The position numbers and the translations under genes were made by a program. A DNA stretch of 64,000 nucleotides from Selaginella moellendorffii (taxonomy: Eukaryota > Plantae > Lycopodiophyta), in contig NW_003314267.1 in assembly GCF_000143415.4 (NCBI RefSeq), forward strand, positions 186,001-250,000, written 5' to 3'. Positions within the stretch are counted from its first letter, which is position 1; every line of letters starts with the position of its first letter. Below, one piece after another: positions 22,754 to 36,980 of this stretch. Below the pieces are notes generated by a model that worked only from the letters and a program-made list of their open reading frames with translations, did no database searches and had not been told where the DNA came from.

Positions 22754-25592
22754 ATGGTGAAACGGAGTGAGAATATCACTCACAGGCTGTTCAATCGACA
22801 ACTAAGTTGCAAACCTTCTGGCTCTCAGGTATGATGCAAGGAAACAGGGATACTGTACTTCCTTCTATTCTTCTTCGCAGTTGCAAACGGTGAGGACTTT
22901 GTACGAGAATATTGTACCAAGTCATACTGTCTACGATGTGGAGTGTCCCGATCATACATTCCGCAAATTCACCAACGATGGCCAGTACTTGATAGCTTTC
23001 ACTCGAAGCTTCCAGCACCTGGTGGTTTATCGTTTCAACTGGTTGAATTTTTGCGTCAAAGGTGAAGCTGAAGATGCCGAGCTCCCTCCGAAAGCAGCAA
23101 AGTTCGAGAGCTTCTTCACAGAGCTTTATTGTGTTGCTTTGGCCACGGGAACCGAGACTATTTGTAAGGATTTTTTCTTGACGACGGAGAATGGAGTCTA
23201 TGGACTGTTCGCAACATCTACGGGCCCTGACGCTGATGCAGCTTCGGTTCAAGGAGCCGTTCCAGGCGTGCCATCGATTGAGAAAATAAAAATTCTGGCT
23301 GTGAGGTGAGCTTGCAAATGGAAACGTAAACGATGCAATTGATAACTTTTGTGTTGGTTTCTTTCCAGATTAGCGGATGGTATTATCACGGATGATCGTA
23401 TCTATCATGACGATTTCATCCACTTATCTCACAACATGGGGGTGTTCATGTATGAGGATCTTTTGGCGATTCTTTCGGTTCGATTCCAATGCGTTCACAT
23501 CCTGCAGATAAGAGATTCTGGCACTTTTGTAGATGTTCGAAGTGTTGGCGACTTTTGCCAGGAAGATGACGAGCTTCTCATCAGTTCTCAAACTCAAGTA
23601 AGTTAGCTAGGAGTCATCTGCTTTGTAAATCTTAAAACAAACAATGTGTTGCAGAAAGAAGCATGGTATCAGAGCACACAAGCTGTCCTACATAAAGAGG
23701 ACGAGACTACGGAGTCGAGAACCAGCTTGGAGAAGGATTCCAAGATCCTTCGCGACGACAGGAACTCAAGGAACTATAATGATCATGACTCCAGCCACAT
23801 TCCCGTCGGATCCGATTTCGAGTGCTATTTCAGGGGGCTGCTTGGTGCCTCTTCTTCTGGGGCTGGCACATCTTCTCAAGGCGTCACCGAGTTGCCAATG
23901 ACTTATACAGCTTATACACCTTTGATATTATCCTATGACATGACGGGTGCTCGTCACGGCGACCAGAACCAGCAGAGCAGCGTCAACAATGCAAACGCGC
24001 AGAGACGGACGGATTTCGTCCTGAGTAGCAGGACACCACACCAGCAAGATTTTGAAGCTAGAAGTGAGCTTGGTCATGTTGACGACTCATCTGGATTAAC
24101 TTTGGGAACAACGGGAGAAGCTGGCCAAAATGTGACTCCTGTCTCCTCGAGTGGAAGCAGGCACGTAAGTGGAGGTAGAAATATTTGGGAGCCGGCGTAT
24201 GCTCACTCACGGGATCATCATAGCAGCAGCATTGAAGCTACGACTACAAATGTTTCCACGCCTGTCACCAGCAGCAGGAATGACGTTGTTCACAGTTTGC
24301 CGAGAGCTGTTCCTAGAAGTCTAAGTGAAAGTAACGCAAGGTCTGGTCGAGAGCAATCCAATTCATCATCCGAAACAGGACCGCCGGTGCTGGGCGGTAT
24401 TAAACAGCGGCTCCTTTCTTTTATATTCCGAAGTATTCTTGAGCATGACGACGATCATGTCCAGGTATTTTTACTTGCTGAGATTTGGCTGAGTTTGAGT
24501 TGAAGGTGACTTTGCAGCGAGCGCAACGCTTGAAACGTTTTTACTACCACTTTCAGCATTACACGGAGCTGGTGATGTGGAAGGTAAAACACTGGCTGCC
24601 ATTATTTCCATTTTTTATCCCGTTTAGCAGGTGCAATTCTTGGACCGCTACCATTTGCTGATTAAGTTTGGCAGTGCGGATGGAGTGGTCCGTATCTTTT
24701 GCTCGTGTCATTAGAAGGAATGTGATGTGTTAGCTTGTTTCTTGTGCAGATTTCTCGGAGCTGTGATGTTTCTCAGCAGCTTGCATTTTTCGTGGTATAC
24801 AACTTTGAGACTACGGAGATTTTGGAGTTCCAACAGGTAGCTTAGATCGAGAGACCATTTTGTGCTGTTGATCTGAGGTCTTTTTCTTGCAGAACTCTTC
24901 CCAAGAATTGCTCCAGCTGTTTGAGAACTTCGCGGATCACTTTCGCTCCGCACAACGCTACCCCGTGTACATGAACTACGTGACATCGTTTTCAAACAAC
25001 GTGTTTGTGCGAGAGCAAAGCCGTGAGCAAAAAGTAGCCTGCATCAATACCAAAGCCAGCAACAAAGCGAACAGCTTCGCACACGTAAGCTACGTCTTTT
25101 TCTGTAAACCACTGCCTTTTCTCTCAGATTGCTAGGCGTACACTTGCATCGTTGCCAGTAAACTCTCAGTCCCAAAGCCCTTCTGTGTATTTCGACCATT
25201 CACTCTTCCATTTTGATGAGAAGGTAAGGGCTATTTTTCTTTTTTCGTGCTGCTTCTCCACTACACTCACACAGCCTTCATGGACAGCTTATCTCTGCTA
25301 CTGATCGACACAAGCCGTCCATGGAGCATCCTATCAAGTTCCTATCTCGAAGGAGACCACACATTCTGAAGTTCAAGATCAATCCAGGTACGCTATTTTC
25401 TCCAAGCAACGCAAGAAGTGAGTCATTCTAACGCTCGCAATAAAAAAACTTGCAGGTCCAGAGAATGGTGCCAACGAGACTCGGATCAAGCGAGTTGCTG
25501 CGTTCGTGTTCCATCCAATTTTTCCGTTTGCTATATCGATTCAGCAATCGTTCCTCCAAGCGTCGGTTGTTAACTTCCACTTCAGGAAATGA
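22754..25592 (+). CDS. DET1: De-etiolated 1 (multi-exon)
   Basis: MVKRSENITHRLFNRQ; LYENIVPSHTVYDVECPDHTFRKFT; GIKQRLLSFIF; C-terminal FVFHPIFPFAISIQQ..VVNFHFRK. Confidence 0.93.
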
Positions 25593-25873
25593 CCCTCCCT
25601 GTTGTGACTGTAAACATTTTCTAGCGTATAGTTCTCAGCCCTGGATTTTTCTTCTTTCTATGAGATTGTGATTTTTGGCTTTCACAAATATAACGTGTTA
25701 TCAATGTAATAATTTACTAGCGTTGTAATAGTTTTTTTCCTATAATTCACTGCTTGATTTCGATTTAAGCGAAGTCAATCTAAGTCAATAGAAGTCAACT
25801 TGGTCAACTCAAGCGTCTTAAAATTAGGTTATAATTCGGCGATGTGAGAGAGCGTGAATTCGTGGATTCGACG

Positions 25874-27935
25874 ATGGGGCAGCTCAATCCAAACAAGCAT
25901 TTGAAAGAAGAGTAAGCGCGCCTCGGTTTCCCTCGCCTTTGATCATTCCAAGCGTGATATCTTCCTCAGGTTTGTGAGCAACTTGCAAGGCTCTTCCAAG
26001 ATCGAGATTGCGGCACTCTCGGCGCTCATACCGGTACCTACATCTTTGTTTCTTCTGTTTCCTTGTGAGATGAAGCTCTGGTGGAAGAATGATTGCAGGC
26101 CCTTGTTATTCTCCGGAGCTTTGCAATCTTGCCACAAAAGGGTTTTTGGACATGCCTCGCTTTGGATTTTACTTTCATTGTTCTTCCTACCGTCTTGAGC
26201 CTCACGGTAAGATCCGTGGTTGTAGTGATCGTTTTCTCACGAGATCTTCTTTCTTAACAGGTGCTTGCGGACAAAGTTTATGGAATCGCGCTTCTCGTTT
26301 CCATTCTCTTGGGAATGAGTAGTTTCCTGCCATTTCTGGAGCGAGAAAAACTAAAGTCCTCTTCTATTCCATTCAAAAGGCCGTTCTTGACATACTATAG
26401 ATTTGTTATGGTACGTGTTTTGGCTCGTTTGACCGCAACTTATGCTCCTAAACTTGCAGATGCTGGTTACTTGCGTTACAATCCTGGCTGTGGACTTCAC
26501 TGCTTTTCCTCGCAGATATGCCAAGACCGAGACTTATGGCACTGGCTTGGTGAGTCGACGGATCTTCGTTTGATGGATAGTGAAAGTTTCCCAGATGGAT
26601 CTAGGCGTTGGATCGTTTGTTGCTGCGAATGCTATAGTCTCCAGACAAGCAAGAAGTCGAGAACTTCTGTACGTAACCTTTCTCGTTGTAGACGTCATGT
26701 AAAAACCTCCTTTTCTTTCTTTGTTTCCTGTTTCAGAAGGACTAGAACCGTGGACATTCTTAAAAGCGTGAGTCCATTGCTGGCTCTGGGTTTTGTGAGA
26801 CTTATAGCGACGAAAGGAGCAGATTATCAGGTTTTTCTTTGTGACTCAATTGCAAATGGTGAAACTTATTGGTTTGTTCAGGTTCACGTAGGGGAATATG
26901 GCGTACACTGGAACTTTTTCTTCACTTTGGCGGCTGTTTCTCTTCTTACTTCAGTAATTCGCATGCCTGTTTCGTATTGTGGATATCTTGGACTTGGCAT
27001 ACTGTCAGGTTGGTCGCTAGTTTTGGTGGAATGTGTCGTTTGTTTTAACACTCTTATGTCAGTGCATCAGTTCACCCTTCTCTGCGGTTTAAAAGATTAC
27101 ATTCTTTCCCCGCACAGGAGTTCCGGACTTGTTGATTTGAACAAAGAAGGCATTTTCAGCATCTTTGGTAAAGAACTCGCTTTCTGGAACTCTTCTGATG
27201 CTGCTGATATCAGGATACTGGAGCTTGTACTTCCTGTCTGTCCATCTTGGACAACACATATTTTTCAATCCGGGAGGCTTCTTGAAATGGATCGCTTCGT
27301 CCTCAAATGAAAACAGCCACTGGCTAAGCATAGCGGAGCTTTGGCTTCTTGATGGGGCTCTGTGGTGAAGTCTATCTTTGCTAATACCTCGCTAGTAACT
27401 CTTGTTTTTGTGCAGGCTTTTGGTTGTGGTGCTTGACTCAATCGTAGAGAACGTTTCACGCCGCACGGTATACTCCATGGTTTGCTAATGCATCTCAAAA
27501 TCCTTCTTTGTGGCCAGTGTAACATGGCGTACGTGATGTTTGTCCTCGCCCAAAACTTAGAGGTATCTTACCATTTCACCAATATATTTTTGCAGCATAT
27601 AGGCTCTAACGCATACATTGTTGACAGGTTATGGCCATCTTTGCCTCGGCAGAAGCGTTTCTCTCATCAAAACTCGTCCTTGTAGAGGCCGTCGACGACA
27701 ATATGTTATTGACATTCTTAGTGGTGAGCAGCAAGCAATACTTTCATACACCTCTCTCTCTCTCTCTCACTGTTCGTTACAGGCAAACGTACTCACTGGT
27801 CTGGTGAACCTGTCCATGGACACGATATTTGTTCTTCCAGGCCTTTCGGTTGTCATCGTGGTTGGCTACATGGCACTTCTTGTTGCCATAGTCGCTATGT
27901 TCAAAGTCTACAAAATTCGAGCGAAGTTTTGGTAG
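25874..27935 (+). CDS. PIGW: GPI inositol acyltransferase PIG-W/GWT1 (multi-exon)
   Basis: [71 protein letters not shown]. Confidence 0.9.
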
Positions 27936-28499
27936 TACAAGCAAATTTCAGCTGAGGTCAAGGTGACAAACGATTATCCGGTGGAGCAACCAGCTTTCCT
28001 GCCGCATCACAGACTTTTGACACGCTCTGCAGCTTACATGTAACCAAGTAAAGACATCCAGGTTTCGGAAGAAGGCTCTCCAGGCGTGCTTCACAGCGCC
28101 ATCCTGCTCTTCCGAGCAGATCAACCATTTGCGTGAAGAACATCAACCACGACATGGCCGCTCTGGTTTGTGATGCCATTGCGAGAGATCTGATATAGCA
28201 GTTAAATTAATGTTTTCTAGTTGGCAGCGATCGCTTGTACCATCCAATAGAGTAGAACAGTCGAACTCGTCCCCATAGCCTCCTCTGCTCTTGGGCCGCC
28301 TGTCTGGCAGGCGCCCAACTCGCATGAATTCCCTTTGCGGTTATCTGCAGGCCTCTGCGCCCAGCCACTCTCCACGCACTGGAAGAGCTCCAGAATAACT
28401 GTAGATCATAACGAATCTCATGGGGTTGATCCCCACGCACCCAGAAGCCACTGCCATAAAACTCTCCAAGAGAAACACGAGAGAACACGTTCACATTGA

Positions 28500-31400
28500 A
28501 GACGACAGTCCCATGGCCACTATGTTGCCACTAGCCGGCTGTGGGATGCTCTTACACAAGCTCATGGCCATGAGATTCTCTCTAGAGGACATTCCATGAT
28601 CTAAGTCTAAAGAATCATGGTAAATGCCTTGAAACATGGGATTCCCCAGAGGGGATGGGGTGGACCTTCTCGGTCTACTTTCTTTGCCTCTTACACCTAC
28701 TCCTCTCAATTGCATTACTTCCAGCATTTGCCATTCTGGAGATCTGCTGCCACCTTGAATTTGATCCCTTACAACATTGTTTTGGCTGGTTCTCCATGCC
28801 TCTGCGAGCACCCCAAGACCCACCTTGTAGAACTTAATAATGGACTTTAGATAGCATATACCATCCTAAAAAGCATATTGAACAAACTCTCACTCAAGCC
28901 AAGTGACATGGAATGTCAGCCCGGCAATGCTTCTTTGATCTCTTGCCTACACAGCTTGGTTTTTTTATTGCCAATGGTGAACTCACTACATGAAACAAAT
29001 ACACATACGTGACCCAACCTCATAACATACTGCAAATGCCAACACAAATCTCCCACTCATCCTGAAGTATTTAAGACATTGATAGAAACATTTGATGTTC
29101 ATAAAAAGAACCAATATCCAAGAACAAATACAAACACACTCCAATCCAGACCACACTCAAAATGCCCACAAAGTGCATGAACACAAAATTTTGAAAGCTT
29201 ATTCTAACCCTTACTCCCTGTTGCTTCCCACTCTTATTTTCCCAAATTTGACATTCTCAACCTTTACATGCACTGTAGCTCTACCACCTCACAAGCCCTT
29301 AGCTACCTTCTTTGATCAAAAGTTTGATCATTCACAAGTTTGTGTAGTATAGTTATATAGTCTTTGCCCCCAACTAGGATGCAAATTTAACTTGCATCCT
29401 CACAAATAAATGGATTCTCTTCTAGAATTTCTACTTACACACTTCTATTTTTCTCACAACAAGAGGATTCCTATCCAAAATCTTATGATCTAGTACTATC
29501 TTGTTGGCCACCACTTATCAACCACACCATATCTTTTTACTGCTCAAATACAATCCATCTCTATTACAGATCTCCCTCACTAGTGCCTCAAAGACTTACT
29601 TTCAGCACCACTAGAGCTATATCCTTTAATAGAATTCCCTTCTATAATCTAGACATTATATTTTCCTCCTAAATACAATATTTTGGAATCTTTATTATCA
29701 TACAGCCTTAACTAGCAATTGTTTAGACTCTTTCATTGGGATTTCTTCCACTATATTCTATCTCTAAAGTACAAGTGTTTACTTTAGTAGACACAACTTG
29801 GTTCTTGTTCATAGTTCTCCCATTCAAGGATACCTTGTTGGCATCCTCTTTGTCATTCGATAATGCATGGCACCTCACTGTAATGCACCACATTAAAGAA
29901 CACTTGCCCCCATTTAGCTAATTGCATCCTCACAAATAAGTAGATTCTCCTCTGGAATCTCTAACACCATATCTTAGTAGCCTCTACACAATCCCTCTTA
30001 AGAATCTCCATTGCAAAACTGTGTTATTACTTGTAAATGATCCCTTATTATCTCCACTATATTCTCATCTATACACCCTGGCTTCTAAATATTTACATTC
30101 TTAATAAGTTTTGAAGCTCTACCAATTTTCCTCATCTTTTCTCTCCCTTTTTTTTCTTTGGTCTTAAATGTTCTAATGATACTTGTTTAGATCTTTGTTA
30201 TCTAGTTCTAAAGATCCTTCAAATGAACCTCTTGTTGTGACAGTTAACTTTATAATACTTTCTTTGACATATATAGCATGATTTATAGCTAGATGCTGCT
30301 GGTTGGTTAGACAATCTTGAGCTTAATAGTCACAATCACACTTAAAGCACTCGTTGTATTGTCCACCACCACAAGCATGTCAATTCAAGACTCAAGAGAA
30401 CTATTTTGATGATATGATTAAGATTCCTAACAATGAATCTTCCAAGGAAAATAATGGAGCATTTAGGGAGTAGTTTGGAGGATGATATGCAGATTGACAT
30501 GAAGAATCTTACATTACTATTGACATAAGAGTTGAAGAGTTAGCTCACAAAGGTAGATCATCAACTTACATCTTTTAGAAGAAAATTAACTAACCAAGGT
30601 TGTATTGTATGACCAAAATTGGTGCAGCTAACGTTTGATCTGAAGATTATTTTTGAGGCCCTTGTAAAATACTATTATAGTTAGTAATTTGTCACTAGTG
30701 AATGTCCAAGTTATATTAAAAGTCAACTCAAAGCATAAGAATGTTGAAAATAAAGAGATAAAAAAAATTTATAAAAGACATTATTTCATGAATAAGCCTA
30801 TTGCAAATCCCTATAGATATGTAAGGAATTCTTCTTTATTAGAGTTCCACCAAACTCTAGTCAACCTTTGATCAGTGGTTAAAGTAAAGTGCCATAATTA
30901 GTCCATTTATTTACTTCTTTGGTTGTGAACACAATTTTAATTCTCATTAATAAGACCATCTCCCTTGAAAGCTAGAAGTTTAAACTTCTATGAGATGCTT
31001 GAATTTTTCTATTTTAAGTTAGGCATTCTCTAAAAGATTTGAATCTTTTAGGTGGGGAATTGTCAGAATATGAGGACCAAATATGTTGTTATAAGCTATG
31101 CAAGTCCTTGGCTTAATAGACACTAAAATACCTATTTAATATAGTCTTCCATCAACTTGACCACAACATTAGTTCCTCAATCATTGCATCAGGATAACCT
31201 TAAGGCATCTCCTCTTCTTTTGCATCAACATCAACTTATGTGATATTTCTAGTGCTCCAAAATTGCTACATATTGATCTTGGATGGTAGCCACCTTACTC
31301 TCCTTCACTTCTTGAACTTACCAAATCACTTTGTGGTGGGGATCGCAAAGATTCTCAACCCAACTATAGGAATCCACCAACACTCTTAGATTTTGCATGA

Positions 31401-33260
31401 GAGGATTTATTTTATCATCTAATAGTGCAACTAAAAGGAACCTCAGGCATGTTGAAAGTGCTATATTGACCTTGAACTCCTCCAAAGAATAACAAGGATC
31501 CTCTATGTCTGTGTAAGAAAAAAAATCCCCCTCAATACAAAGACATTAAGTCACTTTAAAAAGGTTGGTCACTACCACTTCACTACCCAAACCCTTGCCA
31601 TGCTCCTCTTTCAGAATCTCTTGTTCAATGAAAACTCGTTCCTTCCTTTTTCTTGATCTTGTTTGCCCTCATCACTCTTAAACTTTATGTATAATCACAC
31701 CACCCTCTTGAACATCTTTTCCCTTGGCATTGGCTAGAGATGCTACCAATAGTGTCTTTCCTTGTGGCACTCTCCTTTTCTTTAACAATGTCAGTCCAAC
31801 TTTGCTTCTTGGGCTTTATAGAAGATTCACTCTATCCTAAATCACCAGCCATCTTTTTATAAGAAAATGCCATAACAATATGAGGTTAGAGATCAACAAA
31901 GAAAACTTACACTCCAATTCTCTTTGGGGTTTTCAATTTTTCCTAATATATGCATCAATTAAAAAGAATATTCTACTACCGAATCATCACACAATCCCTT
32001 TAATACCAAGGAACAAACTCATCACTCAAGCCATAATAGTCACTCCAAGGTACTTGGAAACACATTTGTTGTTCAAAGAAAAAAACCCATACCCACAGAA
32101 TAGACATAAGCCCACTCTAATCCAAACCACACTCAAAATGCTCACAATGTGCCACTCCAGGAAATACCAGAACCCTAAGGGCCCAACCTAGATATTACTC
32201 CCATTACTTCCCACTTATTCTCTAACTCTAAGAAGATCTAGGAATCCCTTGCATGTGTTATAGCTCCACCACCTCTAATTTATATCACTGCCCTATCTAC
32301 CTCTTTGATCACGAGTTTGTGTATGTACTAAAGAAAGGGAAATGCCATTTAATCCATATGGCAGATGGTAGTATCAAGAGATTTAAGGAATCTTTGGGAT
32401 TGCAATAGGAGAATCATGAGTGAGGCAATTGGGGAGTTTGGATAAGTTCAGAAAGATTACTAATGAAACAAAGAAGTTTGAAACAATAATCCAAAATTCT
32501 AGGAGATGGCATAAACATTGCGAAAATCTTATCTATGAAGGATAAAAGGGTGAGAATGGAGTGATAAAAGCTAGCTGGAACTCACCTTTATGACAATCAC
32601 AACCCTTTAGTCATAGGAATAAGTTTATATCTTCTTTAGAAAGAAAAAAGTGTTATTTGAGAAGAATACTTTTGTAGCTTGTGAACAGCTGCAATCTAGT
32701 GGTGTTCATAACCTTGAAAGAAGTTATAATGGTGTGTTTAGAGAGAATTCTAACCTTGTCCCATTTTGGTAATGTTGTAAAGAGGGAAGCTTGGAGTTGT
32801 TTGTGATTGGTTGTAAAAACACAATGATGTTCAGTGTTTAGAAGTTATGAGAGAGTTCTCTAAGTTAGGGTAGCCAGAAGCAAGTCCTAGTGCAAGGAAG
32901 AGCTCGTCACTTTCTTGGGGGAACTGAGTTAGAGAATCTTGGTGTGTATTGAAAACAGCTGCAAACCAGTCCAAGCACGTTTGGGAATAGAGCAGTACGA
33001 GAGAGGGTTAGAAGCCACATCCGAGAAGTTAAAAGTAGGAAAGATTCACTGAAAAATTTGTGCATGGCCTTTCTTTGGTGTTATGAGTTGGTGGGCAGAA
33101 ATTTGACTGCAGGAAAGCCCCTAATTGGCAAGTTGGATGAGCTCAAGAGCAGCAAAAGTGAGAGGAAGGAGAATAGCCTAAGTTGGACATGTGAATCAAT
33201 TTTGTTGCACCAACTTGCTAGGTTGTACATGCTGTATAGACATAGCAATCTCTACTAATC
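28500..33260. mobile_element. Heavily degenerate AT-rich retroelement (probably L1-type LINE) remnants; boundaries approximate
   Basis: No long ORFs. Diverged direct repeat ~29100-29345 vs ~32070-32325. Faint ORF1 and endonuclease-like motifs on the minus strand. Confidence 0.35.
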
Positions 33261-33404
33261 TCAAAGCATGCTTCGAAAAGACACTTGCTAAATTGAAGAT
33301 GCTATGCCGCCACCTTTTTGCGAACGAAGTATCAGAAAAGTATTTACAAATATCACATAAAAAATGCTAAACGAAATAGGGCTAACTAAAAAATAATAGG
33401 GCTG

Positions 33405-35595
33405 ATGGAAGTAAGAATGGTGGGCGCCGCTATGGTGAGCGTGGAGACAACGATTTTGATCATCGGACTACTTGTCTTGGGTATGGCGCTGTGGTGGGGT
33501 CTTTTGTGGAGGCACGGCCGCAAATCCCGTGCGATTATGCCCCTAAACACGGGCACAGACAAGGGAGCCGTCATCTTGCTTGTGCGCGAGGAAGACGAGA
33601 GGATCGGAGGTGTTGCCGAGGTTGAGCACGAGGTGGATGTAAACAGCTTCTTTGGTCAGGCTTCTACTATCGAACAAGGTAATGTGATTCTGAATTTGAT
33701 TCAGTAACCATTCAATTGTTTTGCAGATGCCACGAGATTCAAGCCTGGCCATGAGATTCAGCCCGCTGGCAAGAATGGTGGTGACGTACTCGGAGCTGAG
33801 TTTATCGCTGGTTTAGAAGAAACCCTTGCTCGTCGGAGGCAATGGATTGATCGGTGCGCTCGCTCCCTCAACATCCATTTCAAGCTTCTTGAGGAAGGAG
33901 ACTCTGGCAACACAAATAGTGCTCTGGAAAAGTGCGGGGAGCAGGATGAGTCGGATCATGAAGAAGAAGAAACGCTCGTGACAAGTTCACACAGAGACTC
34001 ATTGGCAGATCTGGACGTTGCTGAGGTTAGCTTGAAGGCAACAGCTGTGGAGGAAGTTGAGAAGTCAAGTGAAGAATGCATCATCTTTATCGAAGGTATG
34101 ATCACTCTCTGCAGGGATATGTTAGAACTCACATGTCATTCGTTTACAGGTGACCAGATTGAGGGGGATCAACTTGTCAGGACTCCCAGGAATCTTGATA
34201 GTGACGATAGGATGGTGGTTCTTTCAGATGCAAAGGAGAGGAAATCTCAGCCTCTGGAAGTCGAGATGGTGGAGAGTGACCAAGTTCCTCGCAGCCAAAT
34301 CCTCGGCCTTCCACGCCGCCAAAAGAGAGACCATCTTGACTGGGAATCTGCTATGGAAGTGTCTCGACTCCGCAAGAGAGTGAAGTACCACGCTTATCAC
34401 ATCGACTACTACGACGCGCAGCTCAAGGAAAACTCGATCCAGGCTTGGAGGTCAGACTTTTCTTGGCTTGTTCACGAGCCTGCGATCATGGACGAGGATA
34501 AGATGAGAAGGAGAAGGGAGTCTCATATTGACTTCTTCAACGGCTACACCGCTGAGCTCGAGAATTATTACAAAGGTACGACAATCTAAAGTTTTCCATG
34601 ATAGAAAGCTTAGCTACGATTGTTCTGCAGGTGCGATTAATAGGGAATCCAAGATGGTGCTTGATTTCGAGCATGTTCCTGCGTCATTATGGGAGTGGAT
34701 CGAGCCGGACAAGCAAGATTGGAGAGATGGAGATCTCAAAGGAATGAGACATGGCTGTAACAGCTTTTCTGGTCACGCCTCTACTATCCAAGAAGGTAAC
34801 TTGATTCTGAATTTGATTCAGTAACTATTCAATTGTTTTGCAGATGCCACGAGATTCAAGCCTGGGCATGAGATTCAGCCCGCTAGCAAGAATGGTGGTG
34901 ACGTACTCGGAGCTGAGTTTATCGCTGGTTTAGAAGAAACACTCGCTCGTAGGAGGCAATGGATGGATTGGTGTGCTCGCTCCCTCGACATCCATTTCAA
35001 GCCTCTCGAGAAAGAAGATTCGGCTGGCAACACGGGGAATGCTCTGGAAAACTGGGAGGAGCAGGATGAAAAGCCCGTGACAAGTGGTGACTCAGAAATG
35101 ATCAAAGAAGTGGCAGATCTGGAGGTTACTGAATCGAGCTTGAAGGGAACAGCTGTGGAGGAAGCAGCTTCTTCCAGAATCAACGAGCTGGACGTTGTCA
35201 TAGCTGTGCGTGATCAAGCTCCAGCTTCCGCTGTGGAAGAAGTAGCGAACCATGATCAAGTGCCAGTTCCTTCCCAACACAACGAACAGGAGAATCTCGA
35301 CGTTGTCATAGCTGTGCAGGAAGAAGTGCCAATGTTTTTAAGTGGGGAGGAGGATCGTGATGGAGTTGAAAAGGCGAGTGGAGCCTTTCCTCCGGCTGCC
35401 GAGCAAGTGGATCTTCTTGGCCGTCTTGCAACATGGTTTGGTGGTAGAAGAAGAAAAGTGGACAGAGCAACTTCCGGGTTTCCATCTCGGGAGGATGGAC
35501 CAGTACACCTCTTTTACGATCATAAGGACGACAGTTACAAACAACTTGGGGAATTTTACGGCACAAGGAAGGTGTGTGTGGAGATCGTTCGGTGA
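33405..35595 (+). CDS. Lineage-specific multi-exon gene or gene pair of unknown function (N-terminal TM, acidic), internally duplicated
   Basis: TM segment TILIIGLLVLGMALWWGLLW; ORFs of 203 and 210 aa; GT-AG introns; direct duplication ~33641-34057 / ~34758-35164. Confidence 0.45.
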
Positions 35596-35921
35596 GCGTT
35601 GCCATGACGGAGAAGAGAGCGCAGCTCAAGGTTCTCAAAAGTTTCCACCACGAAAAAATTTCATCGGACGAGGAGCCGAGATTCTCACTGAGGAGCTCGC
35701 GGGGAGGTCCAACGACGATTAGCAAACTTAACTACTATATCATGACAAACATCATCTACGAGAGCGTTCGTCACGCAACAGCCACGGATGGTTTCTGCAG
35801 CAAGGTGATCTTCAGCAGCTTCGTCACTGACTGTGGAGTTGCAATATATATATTAAGAAACTACTTATTAATATATATATTAACTTTACTTTAAGAAACT
35901 ACTTATTAATATATTATTATG

Positions 35922-36145
35922 GCCAGAGGTTGAGTGTGTGCCAGACCATAAGAACCATCCCCAGTGCAAGATCCCGACGACATGATGGCCGGTTCTATCT
36001 TGTCGGGCAGCCTCGAGCGCGATCAAACAGGTAGCCTCCATCCAGCGCCAGCAGCGGCAAGATATTCAACTGCTAGATTCATGTTGAGCAGCGGGAACAG
36101 CCCCGCAACATTTGACCTCGCAACCTCAGCTCCCACCGCAACTCC
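35922..36145 (-). pseudogene. Degenerate copy of the 3' end of the ARASP/RseP gene
   Basis: Aligns by eye to ~37613-37875 with several small deletions. Confidence 0.85.
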
Positions 36146-36232
36146 GTGGTAAAGTCGATGACATCTCTATTAACTTTTGTTCTTGTGAAATTGCTCGACT
36201 CAATTGTAGAGAAATGTGTCACGTAGCACGAA

Positions 36233-36480
36233 CTAATGCATCCCAAAATCGTTCCTTGTGGCCATGAGCAGCAAGGCATTCATACACTTCTCTCACTGTT
36301 TACGTACCCACTGGTCTGGTCAAGCTGCCCATGGACACGATATTTGTTCTTCCAGGTTTATCGTGTTGGCTACATGGCACTTCTCATTGCCATAATCGCT
36401 ATGTTCAAAGCCTACAAAATTCGTGCAAAGTTTGATAGAAAATTTCAGTGACAAACGATTAACCAGCTTTCCTGCCACAT
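36233..36480 (+). pseudogene. Degenerate copy of the 3' end of PIG-W, including intron and downstream sequence
   Basis: Matches ~27485-27515 and ~27724-28007; encodes VGYMALLIAIIAMFKAYKIRAKF. Confidence 0.85.
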
Positions 36481-36739
36481 AGCCATTACAAGACTGGCAT
36501 TAGTCTGGCACAGACTGAGAGGCCATATAGTAGCAGGAGTCCACTCCATTCATGTTCATAAATGTTACTGGTTTGGTTGACATGGTTTATACCACTGATC
36601 AATATATAAGGCATCAATGAAAAGAGATATAAAATAGCTTTTATATATACTTTGAAGTTTCTAAAAAATAGTTTTAATATTAATTTTAAATTTCCCTTGT
36701 TCCATTTTATGTATTAATTAATTCACTTATATTCTACCA

Positions 36740-36980
36740 TTATTCATTTAGATTAATCTTGTATTTATAATATGCAAACATGTTTATAATTATAAACTTT
36801 CAATTTGATTAATACATAATACTAAACAAGGAATAACATTATTATTAAGAAAGAAATCTTATTGCATATCAACCATTAGATGATAGAATAAAAAAGAATA
36901 TACTAGAAAGGGTTTAAGAAAGTTTATAAATTATAAACATGTTTATAAATTATAAAGACAAGATTAATCTAAATGAATAA
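36740..36980. repeat. AT-rich inverted repeat (MITE/foldback-like)
   Basis: TTATTCATTTAGATTAATCTTGT (~36740) is the reverse complement of ACAAGATTAATCTAAATGAATAA (36958-36980); inner arms are also partly complementary. Confidence 0.55.

Noticed and set aside
27958-28823. Short minus-strand ORFs downstream of PIG-W
   Set aside because: Interrupted by stops and with no motif I can identify.
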